A stretch of DNA of 57,309 nucleotides, from positions 1 through 57,309 of IMG/VR virus record IMGVR_UViG_3300005253_002116. One strand, given 5' to 3'. Source of the DNA: a virus (Duplodnaviria > Caudoviricetes). Below, piece after piece: positions 1 through 9,635 of the stretch. The position numbers were made by a program, and so were the translations under genes. The notes beneath the pieces are model-generated. The model was not told the origin of the DNA. It worked only from the letters and a program-made list of their open reading frames with translations, and made no database searches. Positions within the stretch are counted from its first letter, which is position 1. Each line of letters opens with the position of its first letter.

Positions 1-8
1 CATTTTGT

Positions 9-596
9 ATGAATACTTTAGGTCTTTCCTACGAAGCCTGTTATGGTAGTGATGAAGAAAAAAATCAACCTACTCAATATCAATGGGAAGATGCTTCGGC
101 TTATCTTAGATGGAAATTGGGTAGTCGTGAAATAGAATATACAGGTGGGTCTGTATTAAAATGTGAATATCAAGATGAAGCGAACCTAACTGCCGCTTAT
201 TTTAATCCAAGTCATCAGCCGTTAGGACATAAATCAGGCTCAATGAGTGGTAGAGATATTATGCAAATATTCGGTACTGATTTAATACGTTATACTTTTG
301 GTAATGTTTGGGCAGCAGCAACAATTCGCCTAATTAAAAGAACTGGTAAACCCTTAAATCTAATTACTGACAATAGATTTCCAAATGAGATTGAAACTGT
401 CCTTAAGGAAGACTATAGTTATATAGTGAGACTAACTCGTAGTCCACATGGACATAAAGATATGCATCCTAGCGAAGCTTCATTAGATGATTATGACTGG
501 AATCATGAGCGATGTTTTATTTTAGATAATGCTAAAATGACTATTGATGAACAAAACGAGGCACTAGTGCCAATTCTAAAAAAGATTTTTCTTTAA
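9..596 (+). CDS. deoxynucleoside monophosphate kinase-like protein (probably 5'-truncated by window edge)
   Basis: Motifs GRDIMQIFGTDLIR, LITDNRFPNE, IVRLTR, HPSE and ILDN match phage dNMP kinases (T4 gp1/T5 type); P-loop not in window. Confidence 0.7.
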   Translation: MNTLGLSYEACYGSDEEKNQPTQYQWEDASAYLRWKLGSREIEYTGGSVLKCEYQDEANLTAAYFNPSHQPLGHKSGSMSGRDIMQIFGTDLIRYTFGNVWAAATIRLIKRTGKPLNLITDNRFPNEIETVLKEDYSYIVRLTRSPHGHKDMHPSEASLDDYDWNHERCFILDNAKMTIDEQNEALVPILKKIFL

Positions 597-614
597 ATCC
601 TGGAGAAATTAATA

Positions 615-3600
615 ATGAATTTTATTGAAAAGCTGCAATCTGCAAGCAAAGAAGCAGTCAAGATAGAGAAGTGGACAGGGACGTTCCGTGAATTCTTGGA
701 GCTTTATGAATCAGGGAAATATCCTCATCTAGGTGTATTAACTCATCAACGAGTTTATAATATGGTTTTGGCGGCAGGCAAAGAACCTCAAAAGTTCTTT
801 GGCAACGACCGTATTAGGTTCAACTTTTTTGAAGATTCGCTTTTTGGTATAGAACGTAGCGTTGATGAAATTATGACCTACATTGCTTCTGCTGCTCAGA
901 AGACAGAAACATCACGTCGTATGCTTTTACTTTTCGGGCCTGTTAGCACGGGCAAGAGTCAAATTGTAGCTTTACTTAAAAGAGGTTTGGAAGAATACTC
1001 TAAGACAGATGAGGGAGCAGTCTTTGCTCTCGCCGGTAGTAAAATGCATGAAAATCCTTTTTTATTAGTACCTAATCGTCTGCGAGATGAATTTACTGAA
1101 AAATATGGTTTACAAATTGAAGGAAGAATAAGTCCCCACACTGCGTGGCGACTAGAAGAAAAATTCAAAGGGGATTTTATGCAGTTTCCTGTGGAAAGAA
1201 TTTTTCTTTCCGAGAGTAAACGTGTAGGCATAGGTACGTGGCTCCCGAGCGATACGAAGACAGTTAGTACAGATTCCACAAGGATCTTTTGCGAAGATGG
1301 CATTGTTCGTCTTTCAGATTTATACTCGCAGAACGTAAAAGAGAATAACAAAGAAGATTTCACTTCTCTGAAAGAATTTAAAGCAGCAGCTTTTGAAGAA
1401 GATGAAGGCATTAAGGGTTTATTCGATCATGGCTTTTTGCCTATGTACAGAGTTAATGCGGGTGGTGTTTGGTTTGACTGTACACTTAACCATAGAATTA
1501 TGACTCTTAATGAGGATGGAGAATTTGTATGGAAAGAATTATCCGCTATTGATGATAAAACTCCTATTATCATTAAAACAGGTATGCGAAAATTCGGGAA
1601 AAATATTGAAACTTCCAATCTGGAATTAAAAGATAGAGAAATATCTATATCATCTCAGCGACATCATTGTTGGGGTACCTTATTGCAGAGGGAGCTTGTA
1701 CTCAATTTAATATAGAATTTACCATTACAGATAATATGATACAAAAAGATTATGTAGAGAATGTACGACAAGCTTTTGGTGGAGACGTGGTCGTTTCTGA
1801 GCGACTCCAATCTATGGATGGAAGGAAGGATGTTTATAGGTGCCATCTTCCTGCCTGCGTTAGTAGATGGTTAGTTTATAACTTTAATATTGATGATACA
1901 TCGTGTAATAAAAGAGTTCCAAGTAAAATATTGACTTCTCCTGAAGAATGTCATATAACTTTTCTTCAATCTGCATTTTTGGGTGATGGATGTATCAGAT
2001 ATAGGCTAGACACAACTCCAAGTTTTATCTATGGAACTTGCTCCGAAGAGTTAGCAATGGATATTCAAGCGATGTTATTAAATTTAGGGATATTAACCTA
2101 CATCGTTCCCCAGATTAACAAGAGATTTCCTAAAAATACTCAATACAGAGTAACATGTGAAGGCAACGACGTTTATCAAATCGCTGAAATGTTTCCTAAG
2201 TTTGCTCAACATCGTGGGTTTACCTGTCCAAACAACCTGCCTATACATAAGAATCAGTTAGAGTATTTTGGTTCACTTTCAGGTTTTATTCGTGAAATCA
2301 GACGATATACTAAACATACGAGAAATTTGATAGATCGACGATATTGCATTGATACTGAAAACAGTAGGACCCCCAGACGCAAGACTTTACTCAAGTGGCA
2401 TAAAGCACTATCTGAAGATATTGAATGGACTAATTCGCGGAAGAAAGATGAAATCTTAGCTAAATTAAGTAAAATATTGTATTATCGTCCAGTCAGATTG
2501 TCATCTAAAAAACCTATCGGCATTAAACATGGCATAGATTTATCATGTAACTCAGATATGTTCTCCTATGTAGCCAATGGTGTTATTAGTCATAATAGCC
2601 AGGATATTAGCGAACTAATTGGTGGCATTGATTATGCCAAAATTCAAGAGTATGGAGACGAAACACATCCTGACGCTTATAACTTTGATGGAGAATTATT
2701 TGTTGCTAATCGTGGTATTATGGAATTTATAGAGGGCCTTCGCAGCGACGAAAAATTTCTACGAGCTTGTTTAACAGCTACACAAGAGAAGTCAGTTAAA
2801 GCTCCTAGGTTCGGTTTAATTTATGTAGACGATTTAATTTTAATGCACTGCAATGAGACCGAATTCAATGAATTCATGCAAGAAAAGAAATACGAAGCTT
2901 ACCACGATCGTATGTATATTGTTAGAGTACCTTATAACTTAAGCGTGGATAATGAAGTGGCAATTTACGAGAAGCTACTTAAAGGAACTGATGCAGTAAT
3001 CAATATGCACATTGCACCAAAATCACTTGAGGCAGCATCTATTTTCTCTATCTTGACTAGATTAGAAGAACCCGCAGGCAAAGATTTGACATTGATCAAA
3101 AAAATGCAACTTTATAACGGGCAACATGTTAAAGGGTTTAAGTTAGAGCAAGTAAGCGATTTGAAAAAGAAATCTCCTCGTGAAGGTATGTATGGAGTTT
3201 CACCTAGGTTTATCATCGATCAAATCTCTGCTGCTATTTCTAAGGCTAAGTCAGAGGAGAGAGATTTTATTACTCCTTTAGATATATTACGAACTCTTAA
3301 TTCTGGAGTACAAAATAGAGACTCGTATACTTCTGAACAAAAAACTGAATGGCTGAAACATATTGATACAGCCCGAGCCGAATGGAATGATTTACTCAGG
3401 AATGATATTCAGAAAGCCTTTTTCTTGTCATTTGAGGCCGAAGCAACTAATTTGTGTGAAAACTATTTAGATATGATTGAAGCGTCTTGTGCTGGGGAAA
3501 AACCCAGAGACCCGATAACAGGCGATGAGGTTGAGCTTGATGAAAAGTTAATGAGTGCAGTGGAAGATCAGATCGAGATTTCTGATAGCGGGAAAGAAGA

Positions 3601-3880
3601 TTTTCGTAATGAAATTCTTCGAGCGGTTGGACAAGCTGCACGCAAAAAGATAAAATTTGATTACACTAAACACGCTCAGTTGATGGAAGGCATTCAAAAG
3701 GCAATGTTTGAGGAGCGTAAAGGTGCTATTAGAATGACTGTTTCAACTCGTAACCCAGATCCCGAAGCAGTCAAAAGACTTAATGCAGTCATCGATCGGA
3801 TGGTTGAACAGCAAGGATATAGTGCTGCCGCTGCTAACGAGTTGCTGAAATATGCTTCCAGTCATTTGTTTGATAAATAG
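615..3880 (+). CDS. prkA: PrkA/YeaG-family AAA+ serine protein kinase, intein-containing, frameshifted near 1637-1667
   Basis: Walker A GPVSTGKS, MHENPF, SQDISELIGGID, FDGELFVANRGIMEFIE, VPYNL, EGMYGVSPRF; spans ORFs 615..1715 and 1667..3880. Confidence 0.9.
1260..2596 (+). mobile_element. intein with LAGLIDADG endonuclease domain inside prkA
   Basis: Splits conserved PSDTK|SQDI; N-terminus TVSTDSTRIF, block B CTLNH, LAGLIDADG motifs LLGYLIAEG and FLQSAFLGDG, C-terminus YVANGVISHN followed by Ser. Confidence 0.9.
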
Positions 3881-3888
3881 GGAATATC

Positions 3889-5061
3889 ATGTCTAATACT
3901 ATTATTGATCAAGATTATCCATATGATATTCTTCATAGAGGATCTAAGGATGCATCCCGTCATAATAAGCGGGTACAAGAGGCTGTTCGTAAACAGTTAA
4001 AAGATATTATTGGACAACAAGATATTATTACCGGGGATGGTAATAAAAAAGTCAAAGTTCGTCTTAAACATTTAAATCAATATCGCTTTGTTCATAGTCG
4101 AGATTATGTAGATGTAGTTGGCCGTGATGAGTTTGATGAATTAGAAGAAGGAGAAGTCTTACAAAGACCTGGTAGTGGTGGTGGAGATCCTCTTACGGCA
4201 GGTGATGCAATTGGTGATGCAGTCTATGAAGCAGAATATACCATTGAAGAATTGACTGATATTATGATGTCAGAACTCCAACTTCCAGATTTAGATGAAC
4301 GTAAGAAAAATGAAATAGTATCAGAGATTGTTGAATGGACTGATATACGTAAAGAGTCTGGTATACAATCTCTTATTGATAAAAAACGTACCCTGCTGGC
4401 TAACATTAAACGTAAATCTAAAATAAAGAAACTTGATCGAAAAAAACCTTTACCTATTATTAATGATGATTTGCGTTTTCGTACTTATAACATTATACAA
4501 GAAAAACACTCCAATGCTGTAGTTTTATTATGTATGGATCGTTCATCGAGCATGTGGCGAGATAAAATCTATGCTGTCAAGGCACTTTATTTCTGGATAG
4601 TACAATTCTTAAAGAGACGATATAATAAAGTCGAAATTCGATTCATTGCTCATGATTACGATGCTAGAGAACTCACTGAAAAAGAATTCTTTACAATTAG
4701 TGATAGTGGGGGAACAAGAGTTTCTGCTGCTTATGAAATGTGTGAAGGTCTGATTAAGCAAGAATACCCTGCCTCTAAATGGAATATATACGCTTTTCAT
4801 TCTTCTGATGGTGATACTTGGAGCGATGAAGAGTTATGTATGGAGATTGTAGATAGAATTACTAATAAACTAGGGGCTAATCTCTTTGCATATACTGAGA
4901 TTAATATAGATAGTTATAGACAGGGAAGTAGTTTGTTGCTGGATTGTTTTGAAGATAAAATGAGAAATAACAGTAAAATATTAGTCTCCGTTATTAACGA
5001 AATATCTGATGTAATGGATGCAATACGAACATTCTTAAGGCATTCAGTAAAGGAAGCATAG
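3889..5061 (+). CDS. yeaH: YeaH/YhbH (DUF444) vWA-domain protein
   Basis: DASRH, IDKKRT, DDLRF, MDRSSSM, FIAH, SGGT, YAFHSSDGD motifs; follows prkA. Confidence 0.9.
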   Translation: MSNTIIDQDYPYDILHRGSKDASRHNKRVQEAVRKQLKDIIGQQDIITGDGNKKVKVRLKHLNQYRFVHSRDYVDVVGRDEFDELEEGEVLQRPGSGGGDPLTAGDAIGDAVYEAEYTIEELTDIMMSELQLPDLDERKKNEIVSEIVEWTDIRKESGIQSLIDKKRTLLANIKRKSKIKKLDRKKPLPIINDDLRFRTYNIIQEKHSNAVVLLCMDRSSSMWRDKIYAVKALYFWIVQFLKRRYNKVEIRFIAHDYDARELTEKEFFTISDSGGTRVSAAYEMCEGLIKQEYPASKWNIYAFHSSDGDTWSDEELCMEIVDRITNKLGANLFAYTEINIDSYRQGSSLLLDCFEDKMRNNSKILVSVINEISDVMDAIRTFLRHSVKEA

Positions 5062-5261
5062 TGATATCCGATAATATGCAAACTCGGTTTAATGAAATTG
5101 AAAGGCTTGCAAGAGCTGCTGGCTTGCGACCTTATGATACTCATTTTTTTCAAGTTCCTTCTAGTGTAATTACAGAAGTTGCTAGTTATGGATTGCCCAC
5201 TCGCTACTCGCACTGGTCTTTCGGAAGAGTGTTCGATGACCAAAAACGTGCCGAAGAAATG
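5061..5261 (+). pseudogene. spoVR: SpoVR/YcgB N-terminal fragment, truncated at the junction with the phage genome
   Basis: YGLPTRYSHWSFG is the SpoVR N-terminal signature; the expected IYELVIN motif and the rest of the protein are absent. Confidence 0.85.
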
Positions 5262-5397
5262 CAAGAGGCTTGTGCCTCCGCAGATGTTGATCTGGACGAA
5301 TTCCTTTCCTGGTTTGACAAGTGATCTCCAGCCCGCAGGCAGCTTAATCTCTGCTTGCCGCCGGAAACCACTATCACATCCTTCGGAGTACACGACA

Positions 5398-5604
5398 ATG
5401 AGCGACAAACAAACAACCGAAACTGCCCCATCACTAGAAACACTGATCCAAGAAGCTCTTCTCCTTGCCATAAAGGCTTCTGATTCATCAACCGATGCCA
5501 AGAGAGTCGCAGAGGAAGCCTCTGCTTTTGCCTACAACGCCTACTGCGCAATCTCGAAGGTCAGCGGAAGAATCAGCGGCGGTGTCCTAAAGAATAAAAA
5601 CTGA
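5398..5604 (+). CDS. small early protein (68 aa)
   Basis: GGAG RBS in repeat module; ORF MSDKQTTE... Confidence 0.7.
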   Translation: MSDKQTTETAPSLETLIQEALLLAIKASDSSTDAKRVAEEASAFAYNAYCAISKVSGRISGGVLKNKN

Positions 5605-5681
5605 TCTCCGTCACCGGGCCTTGCCTTGTAGGGCCCGGATGCGGTTACCACTACCACACCCTTTTAGAGGAAGGAGTAACC

Positions 5682-5843
5682 CTGAAAAACACCCCGAAAA
5701 AAGAAACGACGATCGAACACGAGAATGCAACCAAAAAGGCTAAGCAAGCAAAGGCCGACTTAATCAACGTCCGCACGGACATTGTAGACACCCCAGCTTG
5801 CACGGCTTGGAAAGCGTGGATGAAAAAGAATAACCTGTCGTAA
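5682..5843 (+). CDS. small early protein, CTG start (53 aa)
   Basis: AGGAG upstream of CTG at the usual module spacing; open to TAA at 5841-5843. Confidence 0.45.
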   Translation: MKNTPKKETTIEHENATKKAKQAKADLINVRTDIVDTPACTAWKAWMKKNNLS

Positions 5844-5873
5844 CGTCAACCACCACCACCGGAGAACTAGACT

Positions 5874-5990
5874 ATGAAAAAACCAGTAACTCTTCACGAT
5901 CTTATTAAAATGATAGAGGATGAAACCATTGACGATTATCCTTTTGGAAGCTTTTGGCGATGGATATTTAATTTTCTGGTAGCTGAGTAA
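5874..5990 (+). CDS. small early protein (38 aa) between 35-bp direct repeats
   Basis: GGAG RBS; MKKPVTLHDLIK...FLVAE. Confidence 0.6.
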   Translation: MKKPVTLHDLIKMIEDETIDDYPFGSFWRWIFNFLVAE

Positions 5991-6036
5991 TTCTCACCTG
6001 TCGTAACGTCAACCACCACCACCGGAGAACGTAACT

Positions 6037-6348
6037 ATGCATCCCGAATTAAACTACTCCGCGAGTTGTTCAAAAAAAGCCCTCGAAATTAAGGCAGCTG
6101 AAGCCTGCCGGCAGCGAGCACTTAAAAAAGAACAGCAAGAGCATAATAAACAACTGTCTGAAATTACTATCGTCATTGAAACTACAAACTCTGCTTTTTT
6201 TACTTTCGATGGAAAACCTAATGCCACATCCGAAATATGCCGCATTTTGCATGATTTAACAATGGCAATTAGCAGAGGAACAGTTTTGAATAAAGTGCAA
6301 TTGCGTGACTACAACGGAAACCCAGTTGGACACGTTACATTTCGCTGA
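6037..6348 (+). CDS. hypothetical early protein
   Basis: GGAG RBS; C-terminal pattern NSAF..EICRIL..LRDYNGNPVG recurrent in phage early proteins. Confidence 0.7.
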   Translation: MHPELNYSASCSKKALEIKAAEACRQRALKKEQQEHNKQLSEITIVIETTNSAFFTFDGKPNATSEICRILHDLTMAISRGTVLNKVQLRDYNGNPVGHVTFR

Positions 6349-6387
6349 TCTACCACCACTTCACCGCTACCACAGGAGAGTAAGACC

Positions 6388-6573
6388 ATGACCGATGCTG
6401 AGCTAAACTGCTACGCTCAACAGATCGTAGACGCCGTACAAGACCCAGACATCTACATTAAGGCTAATGTGGCCATCGCCAGAGAACGAGCCGCACGGAA
6501 CCGCGACAGGCTGCTAGGTGGCATTGGGCGACCAGACACAGCCTACCTCCGATCGGTAGGTTGGCCCCGCTGA
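6388..6573 (+). CDS. small early protein
   Basis: AGGAG RBS in a degenerate module. Confidence 0.65.
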   Translation: MTDAELNCYAQQIVDAVQDPDIYIKANVAIARERAARNRDRLLGGIGRPDTAYLRSVGWPR

Positions 6574-6653
6574 TTGATTCCCGTTACCGGGCTATCCGAT
6601 GGAGGGGTAGCCTGGACCCGGTAACCACTCGCTTCACCCTGGAGAACGCGATA

Positions 6654-6845
6654 ATGAGAACATTTTATGTTAAAACAAATGAAAACGGGGATCATTACAT
6701 ATTTAATAAAAAGAAAACAAAGTTTCTAGCGGGACCATTTGAGTCTCTAAATCAAGTTGACTCTTGGATTAGATGGAACACCGTTGATACTAATAAGTAC
6801 AAAGTGATCCGTATTAAGTACATCCTAAATAAGAGAACGCAATAA
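6654..6845 (+). CDS. small early protein
   Basis: GGAG RBS after hairpin module; MRTFYVK... Confidence 0.65.
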   Translation: MRTFYVKTNENGDHYIFNKKKTKFLAGPFESLNQVDSWIRWNTVDTNKYKVIRIKYILNKRTQ

Positions 6846-7009
6846 TGATGAGACGCAGAGAACTTGTAATTGCCCTAGAAAAAGAGGGAATACAGTGTTG
6901 TTTCAAAGATCCTCTTTGGAGATTACGTCTCTTGTTTAGGACGCTGCCAATCAAAACACAAGAAAAATATATCACCATTCAACAACCTCCAGAGGAGCAA
7001 AAAAAATGA
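6845..7009 (+). CDS. small hypothetical protein
   Basis: TAATG coupling with the upstream gene. Confidence 0.5.
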   Translation: MMRRRELVIALEKEGIQCCFKDPLWRLRLLFRTLPIKTQEKYITIQQPPEEQKK

Positions 7010-7173
7010 ACGAAAACGAACTGGCAAAAAGAATTGTAGATGAATTGACTTTCGATGAGATTCTCAAATTTGCTGTTCAGAAACTAGCTGAGCAATTTAG
7101 AGCAAATCGAGCACATTTTGAATTTGCACATCTTGACACAATTGGAGATTTTCCTCCGCCGCCGACCGACTGA
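7006..7173 (+). CDS. small hypothetical protein (55 aa)
   Basis: GAGGAG RBS, ATGA overlap. Confidence 0.55.
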   Translation: MNENELAKRIVDELTFDEILKFAVQKLAEQFRANRAHFEFAHLDTIGDFPPPPTD

Positions 7174-7254
7174 AACCTTATACCCCCCAATCTGGTTCTT
7201 AGAGGCCCTTTTCTGACTATTAAACACAATAAACCATGCGACAAGACCCTAAAC

Positions 7255-7615
<361 letters not shown>

Positions 7616-7681
7616 TCAAGTGCTAGAACGGGGGGACTACTGGATTATCAATAGTGGTACTCCCTTTACCGAGGAGATTCA

Positions 7682-7936
7682 ATGAAAGAAGAACCTGAAA
7701 TGGCCACCTGCCCCGATTGTGGGGAGAGACAGCCCGTAACATACATCTGGCTTGTTTGGACACATTGCCGGGAGTGTGGGTGCCCTTTAGACCATGGTGC
7801 TGATGAAAGTGTACTTGCTCGCGTCGATTGGATAGCTATTGATCCCGAACAAGTCGTAGCACGGGAAGCACTTTCTCAAACAATTACATTTTCTAACATA
7901 GGAGTGTTAATAAAGGAAAACCAAAAAAGCAATTGA
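7682..7936 (+). CDS. small zinc-ribbon protein
   Basis: CPDC...CREC; GAGGAG RBS. Confidence 0.6.
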   Translation: MKEEPEMATCPDCGERQPVTYIWLVWTHCRECGCPLDHGADESVLARVDWIAIDPEQVVAREALSQTITFSNIGVLIKENQKSN

Positions 7937-7961
7937 CTTGCCGATTCAGCGTGATATAATT
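7934..7961 (+). promoter_or_regulatory. sigma70-type promoter
   Basis: TTGACT-16 nt-TATAAT with extended -10 TG. Confidence 0.65.
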
Positions 7962-8003
7962 GAGTATGGTTCACAGAAACACGATCCACAGGAGAAAGAA
8001 ACT

Positions 8004-8471
8004 ATGAAGAAAACCACACTGGAGATTTGGCCGGCAAAAGATTGTCCTGTCAGTATTCAAGTGAGGAGTAACGTAGGGGGTGCCGTATACGTCAATGGAG
8101 TTTTGTGTGATGCCGAAACAGACGTTCCCATTGAAGAGGAAAAGCCGCAAACGAAAACCCTTCGCCGTTACGAGATCATTCTCCCGCTCTTTTTCAATGA
8201 TAACACTGAAATTTCTGGAACACTAATGGATTTGACACTGGATGAGCTAGAAAGGGAATTCGGGGGAGTTTCCCACGAACTAAACAGAATCATTGGTTTT
8301 TGGAAGGATGAAGTGGGATTTCGTTATCAGGAACAAAATACGAGAATCTTTTGTGATGTGCCAAATGAACCTGACTCGAAGGACTTCTTTAGAGAATACA
8401 AAGAAACCCTCAAGACTCGCTTCAAGCAGCAAGACATTTGGATGGTGTCTTATCTGATAGACATGGTGTAG
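8004..8471 (+). CDS. conserved hypothetical protein (C-terminal RRYEIILPLFFND...FKQQDIW domain)
   Basis: AGGAG RBS before ATG 8004; C-terminal domain resembles a widespread small bacterial family. Confidence 0.6.
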   Translation: MKKTTLEIWPAKDCPVSIQVRSNVGGAVYVNGVLCDAETDVPIEEEKPQTKTLRRYEIILPLFFNDNTEISGTLMDLTLDELEREFGGVSHELNRIIGFWKDEVGFRYQEQNTRIFCDVPNEPDSKDFFREYKETLKTRFKQQDIWMVSYLIDMV

Positions 8472-8478
8472 TGGTGAC

Positions 8479-9284
8479 CCCTGTTGACGTGCCGTCTTAT
8501 GAGAGGAAAGGGAAATCCCGCTGATTGGATTCAGAGGCGGCACGGCGGCGGGGATTTTAAGAGTGTATCTGTTTGCGTGTTGTTTCTAAGGAATGGAAAC
8601 ACTTAATAAGGGGAAACAACACGCTAACGGTTACACTTTCACGTTTCTTTTCTGGAGGTTGTTTCTATGTCTGATGTTAATGAGATTAAACCCGTCACTC
8701 GTATCGAAGCCGTGAATTCGGCAATTGCCGCAATCCAATATGGTGGCAACAATTGCATTCGCGCTGTCGATTTGTGTGAACAAGCAGAGAACGCCGTTGT
8801 GGATTCCGGAGGAAAGCCTAATCCTGACGCAACGGTGAAACTCTTAAAGAAGACCCTAAAGGTTGCCGTGGGATTAGGAGTGCTGAAGCTTGATACTACA
8901 GTCATCGTGGAGCGTATTACGTAGCAGTTAGTGTCTCTGCCGGCGTGCCGTTCCTGTTCTTACTGCCAATCGGAAAGCTAGCATATCCTTATGGCTTACG
9001 CGGACGGCACGCTAACGGACACACTTATAGAAGCAAGAGACGTAAGGCCGCTTTTTGACTAAGAGTGCCCCCGTCGATATACCGTCTGCAACTTAATTAG
9101 TCATTAAGGGACGGTATATTAACGGGAACATTTTAAGTGTCTCCGCCGGCGTGCCGTCATTAAAGGTTTCCCACTGAAAAAAACTGGGGCCTTTACAGAT
9201 CTGCGACTGGAACCTTTTGAATACCTGAAACTTCCGCAGAAAGAATCGGTGGCGATTGGTTTTTGACGGCACGCTAACGGACAC
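8479..9284 (+). ncRNA. cluster of five related long stem-loops (8479-8553, 8562-8637, 8931-9022, 9065-9131, 9137-9284); putative structured ncRNA(s)
   Basis: Shared stem GCGTGCCGT/ACGGCACGC with compensatory variants; TAACGG on the 3' arm of four copies; G-U pairs mostly favour the + strand. Confidence 0.65.
8667..8924 (+). CDS. hypothetical protein embedded in the stem-loop cluster
   Basis: Strong GGAGG RBS; 85 aa ORF. Confidence 0.7.
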   Translation: MSDVNEIKPVTRIEAVNSAIAAIQYGGNNCIRAVDLCEQAENAVVDSGGKPNPDATVKLLKKTLKVAVGLGVLKLDTTVIVERIT

Positions 9285-9308
9285 ATTCACTACTTAGGAG
9301 AAAAGTCA

Positions 9309-9635
9309 ATGACAATCTACTATGAAGCCTGGTCGGGCCCTCCGGGATTACCTTTTCCTGAAATGCCACACATCCGCACAAAGCGGGTTTCAACTCCTAT
9401 TGGACAACTTTTCAAGGCCAGACGCGAGGAGTTGGGCCTCAGCAAGGAGGATCTCGCCTCACAAGCCAATACGGGGTTCTTGAACGTTGTAGCGTGGGAA
9501 ACTGGGCCATTGGCCTTGAACTCTCTACAAGACATTCTGAGGATTCTGGGGGCATATTTGATTGTGACGCCAGATGGGGGGAATGAGTTGATAACTGATA
9601 CAATAATGCAAGGGGTTATCAATGCTGGAATTTGA
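9309..9635 (+). CDS. XRE-family helix-turn-helix protein
   Basis: GQLFKARREELGLSKEDLA...VVAWETG pattern; AGGAG RBS. Confidence 0.75.
   Translation: MTIYYEAWSGPPGLPFPEMPHIRTKRVSTPIGQLFKARREELGLSKEDLASQANTGFLNVVAWETGPLALNSLQDILRILGAYLIVTPDGGNELITDTIMQGVINAGI

Larger units (their letters stand above)
5322..6654 (+). repeat. early-gene intergenic modules, left part of array (5322, 5602, 5833, 5996, 6346, 6571)
   Basis: TGATCTCC-hairpin-CGG(AA/TT)ACCAC-GGAG-start motif; perfect 35-bp direct repeat at 5833-5867 and 5996-6030. Confidence 0.9.

Noticed and set aside
1626-1667. Programmed -1 frameshift in the intein
   Set aside because: The only slippery-looking run (TTAAAAG) lies upstream of the TAG at 1634 in the -1 frame; mutation or sequencing error is more likely.
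8479-9284. Stem-loops as tRNAs or simple terminators
   Set aside because: No cloverleaf or TTCGA arm; loops are too large and most lack U-tracts.
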